A stretch of DNA of 64,000 nucleotides from assembly GCA_050259235.1 (NCBI GenBank), contig JBLNAG010000001.1:160010-224009 (forward strand), given 5' to 3'. Both the position numbers and the translations under genes were made by a program. Origin of the DNA: Ignavibacteriales bacterium. GTDB lineage: Bacteria; Bacillota_I; Bacilli_A; RF39; UBA660. Numbering within the stretch: position 1 is the stretch's first letter; each line of letters opens with the position of its first letter. Shown in pieces: positions 9,010 to 19,073 of this stretch. Under the pieces are notes generated by a model. The model had not been told where the DNA came from, did no database searches, and saw only the letters and a program-made list of their open reading frames with translations.

Positions 9010-10818
9010 ATGTGTGGAATAATTGGTTATGTAGGCAAAAGTAATAATGCCCTACATATTATTATAGACGGCTTAAAAGCCTTAGAATATCGTGGATACG
9101 ATTCAGCGGGAATCGCTTATTCAAAAAATAATAAGATAGAAATTATAAAAGAAAAAGGGAAAATTCTTAATCTAGAAACAAAGATCGATTTTGATATTAA
9201 ATCTAATTTAGGAATTGGTCATACAAGATGGGCTACTCATGGTGAGCCTAGTGTTGTAAACTCTCATCCTCATAAAGTAGGAAAAATAACTTTAGTTCAT
9301 AATGGTATTATTGAAAATTATGAAGAACTAAAAACTATATTAAAAGGTTATAATTATACATTTAATTCGGAAACTGATACAGAAGTTGCATGTGCTTTAA
9401 TTGATAAATTATATAATGAAAAAAATGATATTGTTAAAGTACTAAATAAAGCAAGTAATTTAATTAGAGGATCGTATGCATTTGGAATCATATGTGATGA
9501 TGATCCAAATACCTTATATGCTACTAGAAAAGATAGTCCGTTGATTGTAGCATTAAAAGATAATGAATATTTTATAGCTAGTGATGTGCCAGCTATATTA
9601 AAAAACACTAATCAATATATGCTTTTAGATGATTATGATATTGTTAAAATAAGTAATGAAGGATTAACAATTTATAATCAAAAATTAGAAGTAATTACCA
9701 AGCAAACTAAAATATTTGAAGGTAATTTTGAAGCAGCAGAAAAGAATGGCTATGAACACTTTATGCTAAAAGAAATTAATGAACAATCTACTGTTATTAA
9801 GGATACTATGTTTCCTTATTTAGAAGGTGGCATTGATAGTTTAATTCATAAGATGCCTGATTTAACTAAATATAATGAATTTGATATTGTTGCTTGTGGT
9901 AGTGCTTACCATACTGGTTTAGTTGGTAAAACTTTAATTGAAAAATATGCTAATGTTCCAGTCAATGTAGATATTGCTAGTGAATATCGTTATAAAAAAT
10001 TATTCTTTAATAAGAAAAAATTATTAATCTTAGTTTCTCAATCTGGTGAAACGGCTGATACCCTAGCCTGCCTTAGAATTGCTAAAGAACATAATATTGA
10101 TACATTAGCAATCGTTAATGTAGTTGGTAGTTCAATCGCTAGAGAAGCAAAAGAAGTATTATATATTAAAGCTGGTTGTGAAATAGCAGTTGCTACTACT
10201 AAAGCTTATTTAGCTCAACTTAGTATGTTTTCACTTATTGCTTTAAACTTAGGTATTACTAGAAACAAGATTAAAGAAAAAGATATAGAAAAAATTATTC
10301 AAGATATTCATATATTGCCAAGTCTTATAAATGATGTATTAAAAAATAGTTATAAGAATCTTGCTAAAAAGATATATAAACACAATGATGTCTTCTTTAT
10401 TGGTAGAGGAATAGATTATTGTCTTTCATTAGAAGGAACATTAAAATTAAAAGAAATTTCATATATTCATAGTGAAGCTTATCCAGCAGGTGAATTAAAA
10501 CATGGTACTATTTCTTTAATAAAAGAAAAAACACCAGTTATCTCGATTGTTACTGATGAAAATATAGCTGAAAAATCAATTAGTAATATAAGAGAAGTAA
10601 AAGCTAGAGGGGCTTATGTAATCTTACTTACAACTAATAATTTAGATAAAGATTATGATTTCTGTGATTATAAGATAGTTGTTCCTAATGTTCATACTAT
10701 TATTCAATCAATCTTAACAATCATACCTTTACAGCTATTATCATATGAGGTTGCAAAATTAAAAGAATGTGATATTGATAAACCAAGAAATTTAGCAAAA
10801 TCAGTTACTGTAGAATAA
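9010..10818 (+). CDS. glmS: Glutamine-fructose-6-phosphate aminotransferase
   Basis: MCGIIG, GHTRWATHG, SQSGETADT, ELKHG, PRNLAKSVTVE. Confidence 0.98.
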   Translation: MCGIIGYVGKSNNALHIIIDGLKALEYRGYDSAGIAYSKNNKIEIIKEKGKILNLETKIDFDIKSNLGIGHTRWATHGEPSVVNSHPHKVGKITLVHNGIIENYEELKTILKGYNYTFNSETDTEVACALIDKLYNEKNDIVKVLNKASNLIRGSYAFGIICDDDPNTLYATRKDSPLIVALKDNEYFIASDVPAILKNTNQYMLLDDYDIVKISNEGLTIYNQKLEVITKQTKIFEGNFEAAEKNGYEHFMLKEINEQSTVIKDTMFPYLEGGIDSLIHKMPDLTKYNEFDIVACGSAYHTGLVGKTLIEKYANVPVNVDIASEYRYKKLFFNKKKLLILVSQSGETADTLACLRIAKEHNIDTLAIVNVVGSSIAREAKEVLYIKAGCEIAVATTKAYLAQLSMFSLIALNLGITRNKIKEKDIEKIIQDIHILPSLINDVLKNSYKNLAKKIYKHNDVFFIGRGIDYCLSLEGTLKLKEISYIHSEAYPAGELKHGTISLIKEKTPVISIVTDENIAEKSISNIREVKARGAYVILLTTNNLDKDYDFCDYKIVVPNVHTIIQSILTIIPLQLLSYEVAKLKECDIDKPRNLAKSVTVE

Positions 10819-10854
10819 AAAAAGAAACGATATATTTTATATATCGTTTTTTCT
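10818..10854. terminator. Bidirectional intrinsic terminator
   Basis: AAACGATATA-TTT-TATATCGTTT hairpin flanked by A and T runs between convergent genes. Confidence 0.75.
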
Positions 10855-12093
10855 TTAGAAATTAAACATCAATATATCAGGCCTAAATAGCAATAATAAT
10901 CCTATAATGACCATCAATATTCCTCCAATTAAATGAGAATACTTACTATATTTAGTAGTGAAACCTGTAACTGTTAAAGTTTTCATAGCTATAGCAAATA
11001 CTATTAAATCATCTATTAAGAAGAAGAAAATATAAATCAATATATTTATAGCCATTTCAAACCAAGATAATTCATTAATAGCTAATATTTGAGTATAAAT
11101 AACAGGTATTCCTGCCGAACAAGCAAGTTCTACTAAATTAACCGAAAAAGCTAAAGCCATAGTTCCTAAAATAGCTAATATAAAACTCTTTTGTTTAGTA
11201 AACTTTTTAATTCGATTAAATATCTTATTTCTTTTATCATCTTTAACAACATGGCATCCATCATCTTTAGAAGCATTCTTATAACTTCTTAAATTTAAGA
11301 ATCCTCCTATTAGTGCAAATAAAGCTATTGCTATCATAACTGGCCTTACTTTAAATAAAGCTAAGGCTACATTAAGCCACGTTACCATAAATAACATATA
11401 TACAATAGCAGAAGTACCTAAGAAAGTTAATCCTATTGTCCACATTCTTTTACGATTATTCATCCCTATTAACATACTTAATAAGAATAATAATATCCAC
11501 ATGGCACAAGGATTAAATCCATCAATTGTTCCTAATACTACGCCTAATAATGGAATAGAAATATCTTTAGCATTTATATCGCCAAAGAATGGTACTCCTT
11601 TTACAATATCACTATCATCCTTTTTAGGTTCATCACCCTTTTTATTTGAAATATCTGTCAAATCAGTAGGATCTTTTATCGCTCCTTGTAAATCACCAGT
11701 CTTAATAATTTCTTCTGCTATATTACGATGATCAGTTTCTGAATAATAATCAATCAGTTCTTTTATTGTGGCACCAGTTACATCATCAGTTGAATATCCA
11801 ATTAAAGTCTTTTCACCAATTATAGTAAAAGGAATCCCTGCTCCACTTATACCTAATCTATTTTTTACTTTCATCATTAAATCATAATTACTACCATCAG
11901 AAGTTTCATATTTATATATTTTTACATTATCATATTCATCTTCGATAGTATCTAAAAATTCTATTTCAGCTTGGCAGTGTGGACACCAACTAGCATGAAA
12001 TAAATATATATTTACTTCTTCTTTAGCACTCGCTACAAACGGTAAAGCTAAGAAGATAATTAAACTTATTAAAATACTTTTGAATGCTTTCAT
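10855..12093 (-). CDS. Exported glutaredoxin/thioredoxin domain fused to CcdA/DsbD-like membrane domain
   Basis: Signal peptide (ASA), WCPHC, then TM helices with DGFNPCA and ELACSAG. Confidence 0.75.
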   Translation of the reverse strand: MKAFKSILISLIIFLALPFVASAKEEVNIYLFHASWCPHCQAEIEFLDTIEDEYDNVKIYKYETSDGSNYDLMMKVKNRLGISGAGIPFTIIGEKTLIGYSTDDVTGATIKELIDYYSETDHRNIAEEIIKTGDLQGAIKDPTDLTDISNKKGDEPKKDDSDIVKGVPFFGDINAKDISIPLLGVVLGTIDGFNPCAMWILLFLLSMLIGMNNRKRMWTIGLTFLGTSAIVYMLFMVTWLNVALALFKVRPVMIAIALFALIGGFLNLRSYKNASKDDGCHVVKDDKRNKIFNRIKKFTKQKSFILAILGTMALAFSVNLVELACSAGIPVIYTQILAINELSWFEMAINILIYIFFFLIDDLIVFAIAMKTLTVTGFTTKYSKYSHLIGGILMVIIGLLLLFRPDILMFNF

Positions 12094-12104
12094 TTTTACC
12101 TCTT

Positions 12105-12362
12105 CTATAAATTATTGATTGCGTCAATAATTGCTTTTTTATTTTTTTCTCCTATTAATCTTGTTATTTCTTGATCATTATTATAGAAAATAGTTACTGG
12201 TAAAAGATCACCAACATTTAATTCTTTTACAATATCATTATCCATATCATAATCATATTTAATTACTTCAATATCAGGATATTCATTTTTTACTTCATTC
12301 CATATTTTATTCATAACCAAACATCCACCACACCATACAGCACTTATTCTTACTATTTTCAT
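12105..12362 (-). CDS. Small thioredoxin-family protein
   Basis: WCGGC motif, LLPVTIFY...RLIG cis-Pro loop, 85 aa. Confidence 0.85.
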   Translation of the reverse strand: MKIVRISAVWCGGCLVMNKIWNEVKNEYPDIEVIKYDYDMDNDIVKELNVGDLLPVTIFYNNDQEITRLIGEKNKKAIIDAINNL

Positions 12363-12363
12363 A

Positions 12364-13494
12364 TTATTTACCTATAAATTCTAATGAATTATAACATTTA
12401 TCAAAAATACTTATAAATTCATCAATCTCTTTCTCTATAGTTATATAAGAAATACTAACTCTTAAAGAAGAAATAGCTCTTTTTTCATCGTTAGTAAGTG
12501 CTAAAACAGCTTTTGATATTGTGTTTGTTGTAGAACATGCACTTTGAGTAGAAATATATACTTCATATTTTTCTAAAGCATGCACGAATGTTTCAGGTTT
12601 AATATTTAAAATACTGAAATTTAGTATATATGGTGAACATAAATCATTACTATTAATTCTAACTAGATCATACTTACTTAAACTGCTTCTTATTTTTTTA
12701 TTTAAATTCATTACTTTTTCATAATGTTTATCCATATCAGTATAAGCTAATCTAAGAGCTTTAGAGAGTGAAACAATTAATGGTAAAGCTGGAGTTCCAC
12801 TACGATAAATAGTTGTACTCTTACCACCATGAATAATTGGTTCTAACATCACTTTTTCTTTTCTAATTAGACATCCAATACCTTTCATTCCAAAAAACTT
12901 ATGACCAGAAAAACTAGCTAAATCAATACCATCAAGTGGTATATTAATTTTACCCATACTTTGAGTCATATCAACATGGAAAAAACATTTTGGATAATCT
13001 TTTAATACTTCAATTATCTTCTTAATTGGTTGAATAATACCAATTTCACTACTAACAGAATTAATTGAAACTAAAACAGTATCATCTCTCATTAATGATT
13101 TTAAATGTTCAATATCAACACAACCATTTTCATCAATATTGACAAAATCACATTCAAAACCAAAATTTTCTAAATAACTAATTGGCCCATAAATAGAAGA
13201 ATGTTCTAAAGCTGTTGTAATAATATGTTTTCCTCTATTTTGATATTTAAGTGCTATTCCTTTAATTGCTAAATTATTGGATTCAGTAGCACCGCTTGTA
13301 TAAATAATTTCTGATTCTTTCACATTTAGTAAATCTGCAATCTGTTTAGTCGCACTATTAATTAAATCATTAGATTTAACACCTAAACTATGAAAAGAAT
13401 TAGGATTACCTATATAATCTAGACAAGCCTTATTAAAACTATCTAACACCTCTTTATTAACAGGCGTAGTCGCTGAATAATCTAAATATATCAT
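12364..13494 (-). CDS. iscS: Cysteine desulfurase (IscS/NifS class V PLP enzyme)
   Basis: YLDYSATTP, TSGATESNN, SGHK, STQSACS motifs. Confidence 0.9.
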   Translation of the reverse strand: MIYLDYSATTPVNKEVLDSFNKACLDYIGNPNSFHSLGVKSNDLINSATKQIADLLNVKESEIIYTSGATESNNLAIKGIALKYQNRGKHIITTALEHSSIYGPISYLENFGFECDFVNIDENGCVDIEHLKSLMRDDTVLVSINSVSSEIGIIQPIKKIIEVLKDYPKCFFHVDMTQSMGKINIPLDGIDLASFSGHKFFGMKGIGCLIRKEKVMLEPIIHGGKSTTIYRSGTPALPLIVSLSKALRLAYTDMDKHYEKVMNLNKKIRSSLSKYDLVRINSNDLCSPYILNFSILNIKPETFVHALEKYEVYISTQSACSTTNTISKAVLALTNDEKRAISSLRVSISYITIEKEIDEFISIFDKCYNSLEFIGK

Positions 13495-13556
13495 TTACAA
13501 TCACCTACTCAATTATATCATTTTGTATATACAAATAAAAGAGTTTTGTAACTCTT

Positions 13557-14375
13557 TTATTTTTCTTCAATCAATTTTTTTAATTCTTCAAGTTCTTTAG
13601 AAATATTTTCAATTCTTTCTAAAATTTGTTTTTTATCAATACTAGATTCAATTTTTTCTTGAGGAATTTTTACTTCTGGTTCCTCTTCTACTGGCATATT
13701 TCTACCAAAATATGTTTTATTTGGTAATAATAATTCAACATCAGGATTAATACCTTTATCAAGTAAATCTTTTAATTGTTGGTTTTTAAGATCCATAACT
13801 GTTTTAATTGGATCTTTTTTAACAATATTTAAATGATTAAAATGTTTATATACATTTTCACCATTATTCTTAATACATCCACTTTGTGCTTCTAATTCAG
13901 GATTATTATATTCTAAAACATTTTTATTAATTTTATATAGTGAATACGCTGTGAAATATAATTCAAAATATGATTCAGTAAATTTAGTACCATTTTTCTT
14001 GAATATAAACATATAATTTTCATAATACATCATTACATACATATCAAAATTATCAATAAATTCATGTATTTCTTGTCCTCTATAATTATCAAATTTATCA
14101 TAATGATATCTATTAATATATTTTTCTAATTCTTCATTAAATTTCTTTTTAGTACATTTTTCATAATAAAAGGATAAATAAATACTATCATCATTTATAT
14201 TTTCAAAATAAAGCATACCCTTGTCATTTTCATTGAAATTACTTTTTTTATCATTAACTGCATAATCTGAGGCAATTTCAAAACCAAGTTTTTCTATTTC
14301 AAGAACAACTTGTGATTTAATAACAATACCTTTCTTATTTTGGATATCATAGATTGATACACATTCTTGTTTCAT
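13557..14375 (-). CDS. Hypothetical protein with C-terminal coiled coil
   Basis: 272-aa ORF with SD (AAAGGATGTG) and TGTTATAAT upstream; no recognised motif. Confidence 0.7.
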   Translation of the reverse strand: MKQECVSIYDIQNKKGIVIKSQVVLEIEKLGFEIASDYAVNDKKSNFNENDKGMLYFENINDDSIYLSFYYEKCTKKKFNEELEKYINRYHYDKFDNYRGQEIHEFIDNFDMYVMMYYENYMFIFKKNGTKFTESYFELYFTAYSLYKINKNVLEYNNPELEAQSGCIKNNGENVYKHFNHLNIVKKDPIKTVMDLKNQQLKDLLDKGINPDVELLLPNKTYFGRNMPVEEEPEVKIPQEKIESSIDKKQILERIENISKELEELKKLIEEK

Positions 14376-14537
14376 AACTTCACATCCTTTAAATGATATT
14401 CAAATCAACGACACTATTATAACACAAATTCTTAAAATTTAAATAACAATTTTTGTTTTATTATTAACATTACTCATACGTAAAATTCATAAGAATATAA
14501 TCTAGTAAAGGAGGATGATTTAAAAATTAGGAAAATA

Positions 14538-15755
14538 TTGAAAACATACCGTTTTTCCTTAATACTACTATTATCAATAACAATTGGTTGTATTCTTGGA
14601 TTAATTATGAAAGAAGATTCAATAATACTTAAGCCATTTGGAGACATCTTTTTAAATTTGATGTTTACGATAGTAGTACCATTGGTATTCATTTCAATAG
14701 CAAGTGCTGTATCAAATATGATTGATTTAAACAGATTAAACAAGATACTAAGGAATACTCTTATTGTCTTTTTCATAACAGGTATTGTTGCGGCTATATT
14801 TATGTTAGTGATAGTTAAAATTTATGATCCTGTTGGAGGTGTTAATATAGCACTCGAAACTGGTGAAGAACTAGCTAAAATAGATGTAGGAGATAGAATA
14901 GTTCAAGCACTTACAGTAACTGATTTCAATCTTATACTTTCACGTAGTCATATGTTAGCATTAATAGTATTTGCTATATTATTTGGAATCGGAGTAAGTT
15001 CATTAGGTAAAAAAGATAATATTGTTTCACAAGGATTAGAAATATTATCACAAGCAATGATGAAAATAGTTAAATATATTATGTATTATGCCCCAATTGG
15101 ATTATGTGCTTATTTTGCCACTTTAATCGGTCAATTTGGGCCAATACTAATTGAAGGATATCTTAGAAGTTTTGTATTATACATAGTTGTAGCAATCGCT
15201 TATTATTTAATATTTTATACATTATATGTGTATATTGCTGGCGGAAAATTAGGAGTTAAATTATTTTATAAAAATATCTTACCATCTACAGCAACAGCTT
15301 TAGCTACTCAAAGTTCACTTGCTACATTACCTACTAACCTTGAAGTTGCTAAAAATATTGGAGTTCCAAAAGATATTAGAGAAATTGTTTTGCCAATTGG
15401 TGCAACAATGAACATGCACGGTAGTGTAATTGGATCTGTATTAAAAATAGCATTTTTGTTTTCCATATTTGATATGGCATTCACTGGTATTGACACCTAC
15501 TTAATTGCCATTTTAGTAGCGGTCTTAAGTGGCGTAGTAATGTCTGGTATTCCAGGAGGAGGACTCATTGGTGAAATGCTAGTTGTAAGTTTATACGGAT
15601 TCCCACCCGCTGCATTCATTGTAGCTTCAACTATAGGATTAATAATAGATGCTCCAGCAACAGCCTTAAATGTAGTCGATGATATTACTTCATCAATGCT
15701 AGTAACTAGAACTACCGAAGGAAAAAACTGGTTAACGAAAAAACATACAGCATAA
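14538..15755 (+). CDS. Dicarboxylate/amino acid:cation symporter (DAACS)
   Basis: PFGDIFLNL, ATQSSLATLP, LPIGATMNMHGS, GIPGGG motifs. Confidence 0.93.
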   Translation: MKTYRFSLILLLSITIGCILGLIMKEDSIILKPFGDIFLNLMFTIVVPLVFISIASAVSNMIDLNRLNKILRNTLIVFFITGIVAAIFMLVIVKIYDPVGGVNIALETGEELAKIDVGDRIVQALTVTDFNLILSRSHMLALIVFAILFGIGVSSLGKKDNIVSQGLEILSQAMMKIVKYIMYYAPIGLCAYFATLIGQFGPILIEGYLRSFVLYIVVAIAYYLIFYTLYVYIAGGKLGVKLFYKNILPSTATALATQSSLATLPTNLEVAKNIGVPKDIREIVLPIGATMNMHGSVIGSVLKIAFLFSIFDMAFTGIDTYLIAILVAVLSGVVMSGIPGGGLIGEMLVVSLYGFPPAAFIVASTIGLIIDAPATALNVVDDITSSMLVTRTTEGKNWLTKKHTA

Positions 15756-15771
15756 ATTTAAAACGATATTG

Positions 15772-15963
15772 TTATTCAATATCGTTTTTATTATAATCCC
15801 ATTTATTTTCCTCTTTTTCAATTAACTTTTTTATTACTAATTTTCCTTTAATACATTGTATAAGAATTGCTTTATTTTTTTCTTTACAAGACATTATTTT
15901 AATTACTTCATTATCATTTATAACGATTGCTACTTTCTTATTTTTATCATAAATATTCATCAT
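15772..15963 (-). CDS. Small basic hypothetical protein
   Basis: ~63-aa ORF (MMNIYDKNKKVAIV...), GAGGGG upstream, ends in hairpin shared with symporter; start uncertain. Confidence 0.5.
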   Translation of the reverse strand: MMNIYDKNKKVAIVINDNEVIKIMSCKEKNKAILIQCIKGKLVIKKLIEKEENKWDYNKNDIE

Positions 15964-16094
15964 TTTACTATATTTTCCCCTCAATCTAGCAGTATTTACA
16001 TATAATTGTACTACAAAAATTCAAAATATACTAGATTTTTCTCATATATCATATATTTTTCTACCATAATAAAATTATATTAGGAGTTGATACT

Positions 16095-16262
16095 ATGGCA
16101 TTTGTTTTAAAAAGGACTAAAGAAAAAGAAAGTGCAGTCTATAAATCGCTATATATTAAAGAAAATCTTGTACAATTAATCGATAAGATTGCCAAAGAAA
16201 ACAATACATCATTTAATAATGTTGTAATTAGTATGATTGAATCTTGTTTAAAACAAAAATAA
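16095..16262 (+). CDS. 55-aa ribbon-helix-helix (CopG/Arc-like) DNA-binding protein
   Basis: Not in ORF track; AGGAG SD, MAFVLKRTKEKESAVYKSLYIKENLVQLIDKIAKENNTSFNNVVISMIESCLKQK, followed by terminator hairpin. Confidence 0.75.
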   Translation: MAFVLKRTKEKESAVYKSLYIKENLVQLIDKIAKENNTSFNNVVISMIESCLKQK

Positions 16263-16291
16263 AAAGATATTGATAATCAATATCTTTTTTA
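16261..16291. terminator. Bidirectional terminator between RHH gene and tRNA-Thr
   Basis: AAAAAGATATTGA-TAA-TCAATATCTTTTT. Confidence 0.75.
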
Positions 16292-16299
16292 TTATAAAA

Positions 16300-16373
16300 T
16301 GGTGCCGCAACCGTGAATCGGACACGGATTAAAGCCTTACCATGGCCTCGTAATACCATTATACTATTGCGGC
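16300..16373 (-). tRNA. tRNA-Thr(GGT)
   Basis: GCCGCAA acceptor stem, AGGCC-ATGGTAA-GGCTT anticodon arm, encoded CCA; atypical T-loop TCCGATT. Confidence 0.88.
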
Positions 16374-16420
16374 ATATTTACATTATATAATATTATGTAT
16401 TCTTTGACAATAAAAAACCC

Positions 16421-17071
16421 TTACGGGTTTAAATTTTTAAGTTTTATTTCAACATCACGATGCAATTGTTGGATTACCTGATCTTTATTTTCTATTTCAG
16501 TACCATTTTCTAACTCACTAATCATTTTATTAATGCGATTTACTAATCTGCTTATTTCACTAATTTCAGATAACTTTGTATCTATTATTTTGATTAACTT
16601 GCTCATTTCATCTTGAGTTAAAGTCCCAAATTCAGTAGCAATTGAATCACTTTGATCCATATACCCTACTATATTACTTAGTTTTGCCTTTAATTCAATC
16701 TCAGCTATTTTTTCTTCCATATTTTTTCTTAAAGTTTTAATACGTCGTTTTTCTTCTAATTCTTTTACTTTACCATCTACTCTTGCAATATAATAAGTTA
16801 AATCTATCTTACCATCTGTTATTAATTCATCAACTTGTTCTCTAGTAATTTGCTTATTAATATATTGTTCAAAGATTTGATCAGTAAATTTTTTCTTTTT
16901 ATCATTAGTTAATAAAGAATCAACTTTCTTACCTATTTCATAAATAATATAAGTTGAATCAGGTGAATCCTGATGAATACTTGCTTGTTTATTTAAATAT
17001 TGAATATCAACATTTATATCACCAGTCAAATTAGAGAAAATTTGCTTTAATATTTCCCTACCACTATCCAT
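16421..17071 (-). CDS. Hypothetical helical/coiled-coil protein
   Basis: 216-aa ORF, GAGGGTG SD and TGATATAAT promoter. Confidence 0.7.
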   Translation of the reverse strand: MDSGREILKQIFSNLTGDINVDIQYLNKQASIHQDSPDSTYIIYEIGKKVDSLLTNDKKKKFTDQIFEQYINKQITREQVDELITDGKIDLTYYIARVDGKVKELEEKRRIKTLRKNMEEKIAEIELKAKLSNIVGYMDQSDSIATEFGTLTQDEMSKLIKIIDTKLSEISEISRLVNRINKMISELENGTEIENKDQVIQQLHRDVEIKLKNLNP

Positions 17072-17165
17072 AAAACACCCTCTTATCTTTTATGACATCA
17101 TTATATCACATGCGTTATAAAAAGTAAAAAAAAAATCTAGTATAACTAGATTATTTATAATTTAC

Positions 17166-17242
17166 TGGCGTCCACGATTGGAATTGAACCAACGACCTAG
17201 CGCTTAGGAGGCACTCGCTCTATCCTACTGAGCTACGCGGAC
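17166..17242 (-). tRNA. tRNA-Arg(CCT)
   Basis: GTCCGCGTAGCTCAGTAGGATAGAGC...CTCCTAA...GGTTCAATTCC...GGACGCCA. Confidence 0.95.
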
Positions 17243-17266
17243 AAAAAGGCTACTTGAAGCAGCCCT

Positions 17267-17779
17267 TTATTTAATTGAATTAAATATTACTAATAAATAT
17301 AAATTGATAACATAACTAAATTTATAACTAAACTTTTTAGTAAATTCAAAAGTACTTAAGAATGTATCAACCATATTTACTACCCAACTTTCCATATATC
17401 TAGGTAATCTAAAATCTAATGGAAACATATGAGTTTTAATAATGTCTTTTTCTTTTTCAGATAATTCAAAACGATTTTCTGCATTCTTTAATGCTTGCAT
17501 AGGATGACCTGTAGTAAATAACATAACTTTATCAGATGCTTTCTTATAATCAAGAGTACTTTCAAAATAAAAGTCATGTAATAAACCAGCACGCGCTACT
17601 TCTTCATAATTTAGTTTTAACGCTTTAGCAATCTTATATGAATAATATGATACTTTTAATGAATGCTCATAACGATTACTACAGTGATGACGAATTTTAC
17701 TCATTTTATCAAATTCGCTATCATCCAAAATATATTCAACTATATTTAAATAGTTTTTATCGTTTTCTATATTCAGCAT
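17267..17779 (-). CDS. HD-domain phosphohydrolase
   Basis: RYEHSLKV, AGLLHDF, HP, HMFP motifs. Confidence 0.88.
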   Translation of the reverse strand: MLNIENDKNYLNIVEYILDDSEFDKMSKIRHHCSNRYEHSLKVSYYSYKIAKALKLNYEEVARAGLLHDFYFESTLDYKKASDKVMLFTTGHPMQALKNAENRFELSEKEKDIIKTHMFPLDFRLPRYMESWVVNMVDTFLSTFEFTKKFSYKFSYVINLYLLVIFNSIK

Positions 17780-17957
17780 GTCTTCACCTCAAACACTAAT
17801 ACATTATATCACAAAACTGAAAAATTTATAATGCTTTTCGTTTAAGTTTGGAATCTTTTTTATTATTAATTATGAATATAATAGGCATTTTATATTGATT
17901 TTCCTAGGTTTAACCTAATATTTGAAATGTAAAAAAAAAGTAAACATTAAATGTTTA

Positions 17958-19007
17958 CTATATGCATTTTTTTATAAATGAAATCTTTTTAATTAAGAAA
18001 GCAATTGCTAAAGATACTGTATAAATTGATATAAAAACCAGTGGTATAGCAATATATGACTCTAAAAAAGTTGCAAGTTCAACTTTTATAATAACATCAA
18101 CAAAGAATATATGAATTAAATATATTCCTAAAGAATAAGGAACCATTCTTCTAATAAAACGACTGAATTTATTACTCTTAAATAGTATGTGTTGATTATT
18201 AATTACTAATATAAATAAAGATAAAGAACTCATAATAACAAATAAACTTTCATACGAGAATAAATGGTCACAATATCTATTTTGATTAATAGATATAGCA
18301 AAAGTCCCAACAATAGTTATAATAGTTCCTAATAAATAACATAACCCAAAATACTTATTATAATCTGGTTGATAACCTTTTTCTTTTAGATTCTTATATA
18401 CAATATACCCAATAATGAAATATCCTAAAGAGTATGCTCCTTGTAATAATGGAACATTATAAACAATACTAGTTTCAATACCACAGAAATTAAGTATTAC
18501 AGTGATTAAATACATTGTACCCGTAAAAAATAACCATAATTTTAGAAATAAATTTTCTAATTCAGGATCCATATTTTTTACCAATACTTGAATAAATGGT
18601 AAAATAAGATATAATCCAAAGAAAATATATAATAATCCTAAGTGATCTTTTACTGGAGTATAAATACTTTCAATTGCTAATAACCAAATATTAGAATCAT
18701 TTCCCATATATAGATAATTCCAAATTGAATATAATATAGTCCATACAATAATTATAAGACCAACATTTAAAATATTACGATAATAATTTTTTAAATCAAA
18801 TGTCTTATTAAGTAATATTGCACCACTAACCATAAATATTAACGGAACTGCTACAATAGCAATTGAATTAAATATATTAGCAATTAAATATGATATTTCA
18901 TCTAATATTAAAAAAGAAGAACAATAATAACTACTAATTGATAGTAATACCAACAATAAAACTGAACAAATTAATATAAAATTTAAACTACGATCTTTAC
19001 TCTTCAT
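17958..19007 (-). CDS. Acyltransferase family 3 membrane O-acetyltransferase
   Basis: AVPLIFMVSGA, GYFIIGY, SLGIYLIH, ~10 TM helices. Confidence 0.85.
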   Translation of the reverse strand: MKSKDRSLNFILICSVLLLVLLSISSYYCSSFLILDEISYLIANIFNSIAIVAVPLIFMVSGAILLNKTFDLKNYYRNILNVGLIIIVWTILYSIWNYLYMGNDSNIWLLAIESIYTPVKDHLGLLYIFFGLYLILPFIQVLVKNMDPELENLFLKLWLFFTGTMYLITVILNFCGIETSIVYNVPLLQGAYSLGYFIIGYIVYKNLKEKGYQPDYNKYFGLCYLLGTIITIVGTFAISINQNRYCDHLFSYESLFVIMSSLSLFILVINNQHILFKSNKFSRFIRRMVPYSLGIYLIHIFFVDVIIKVELATFLESYIAIPLVFISIYTVSLAIAFLIKKISFIKKCI

Positions 19008-19073
19008 ACAATTATCCCTACCTTATCATACGATTATATTTTAACACATTTTTAATAATAATACAAAAAAAAA

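Noticed and set aside
14508-14540. Strong SD AAGGAGG with no canonical in-frame start nearby (possible ATT start at 14526)
   Set aside because: TTG at 14538 has its own AGGA at acceptable spacing, so a non-canonical start is not required
17885-17925. TAGGTT-T-AACCTA palindrome upstream of the HD gene
   Set aside because: Single short palindrome in AT-rich DNA, no second copy noticed
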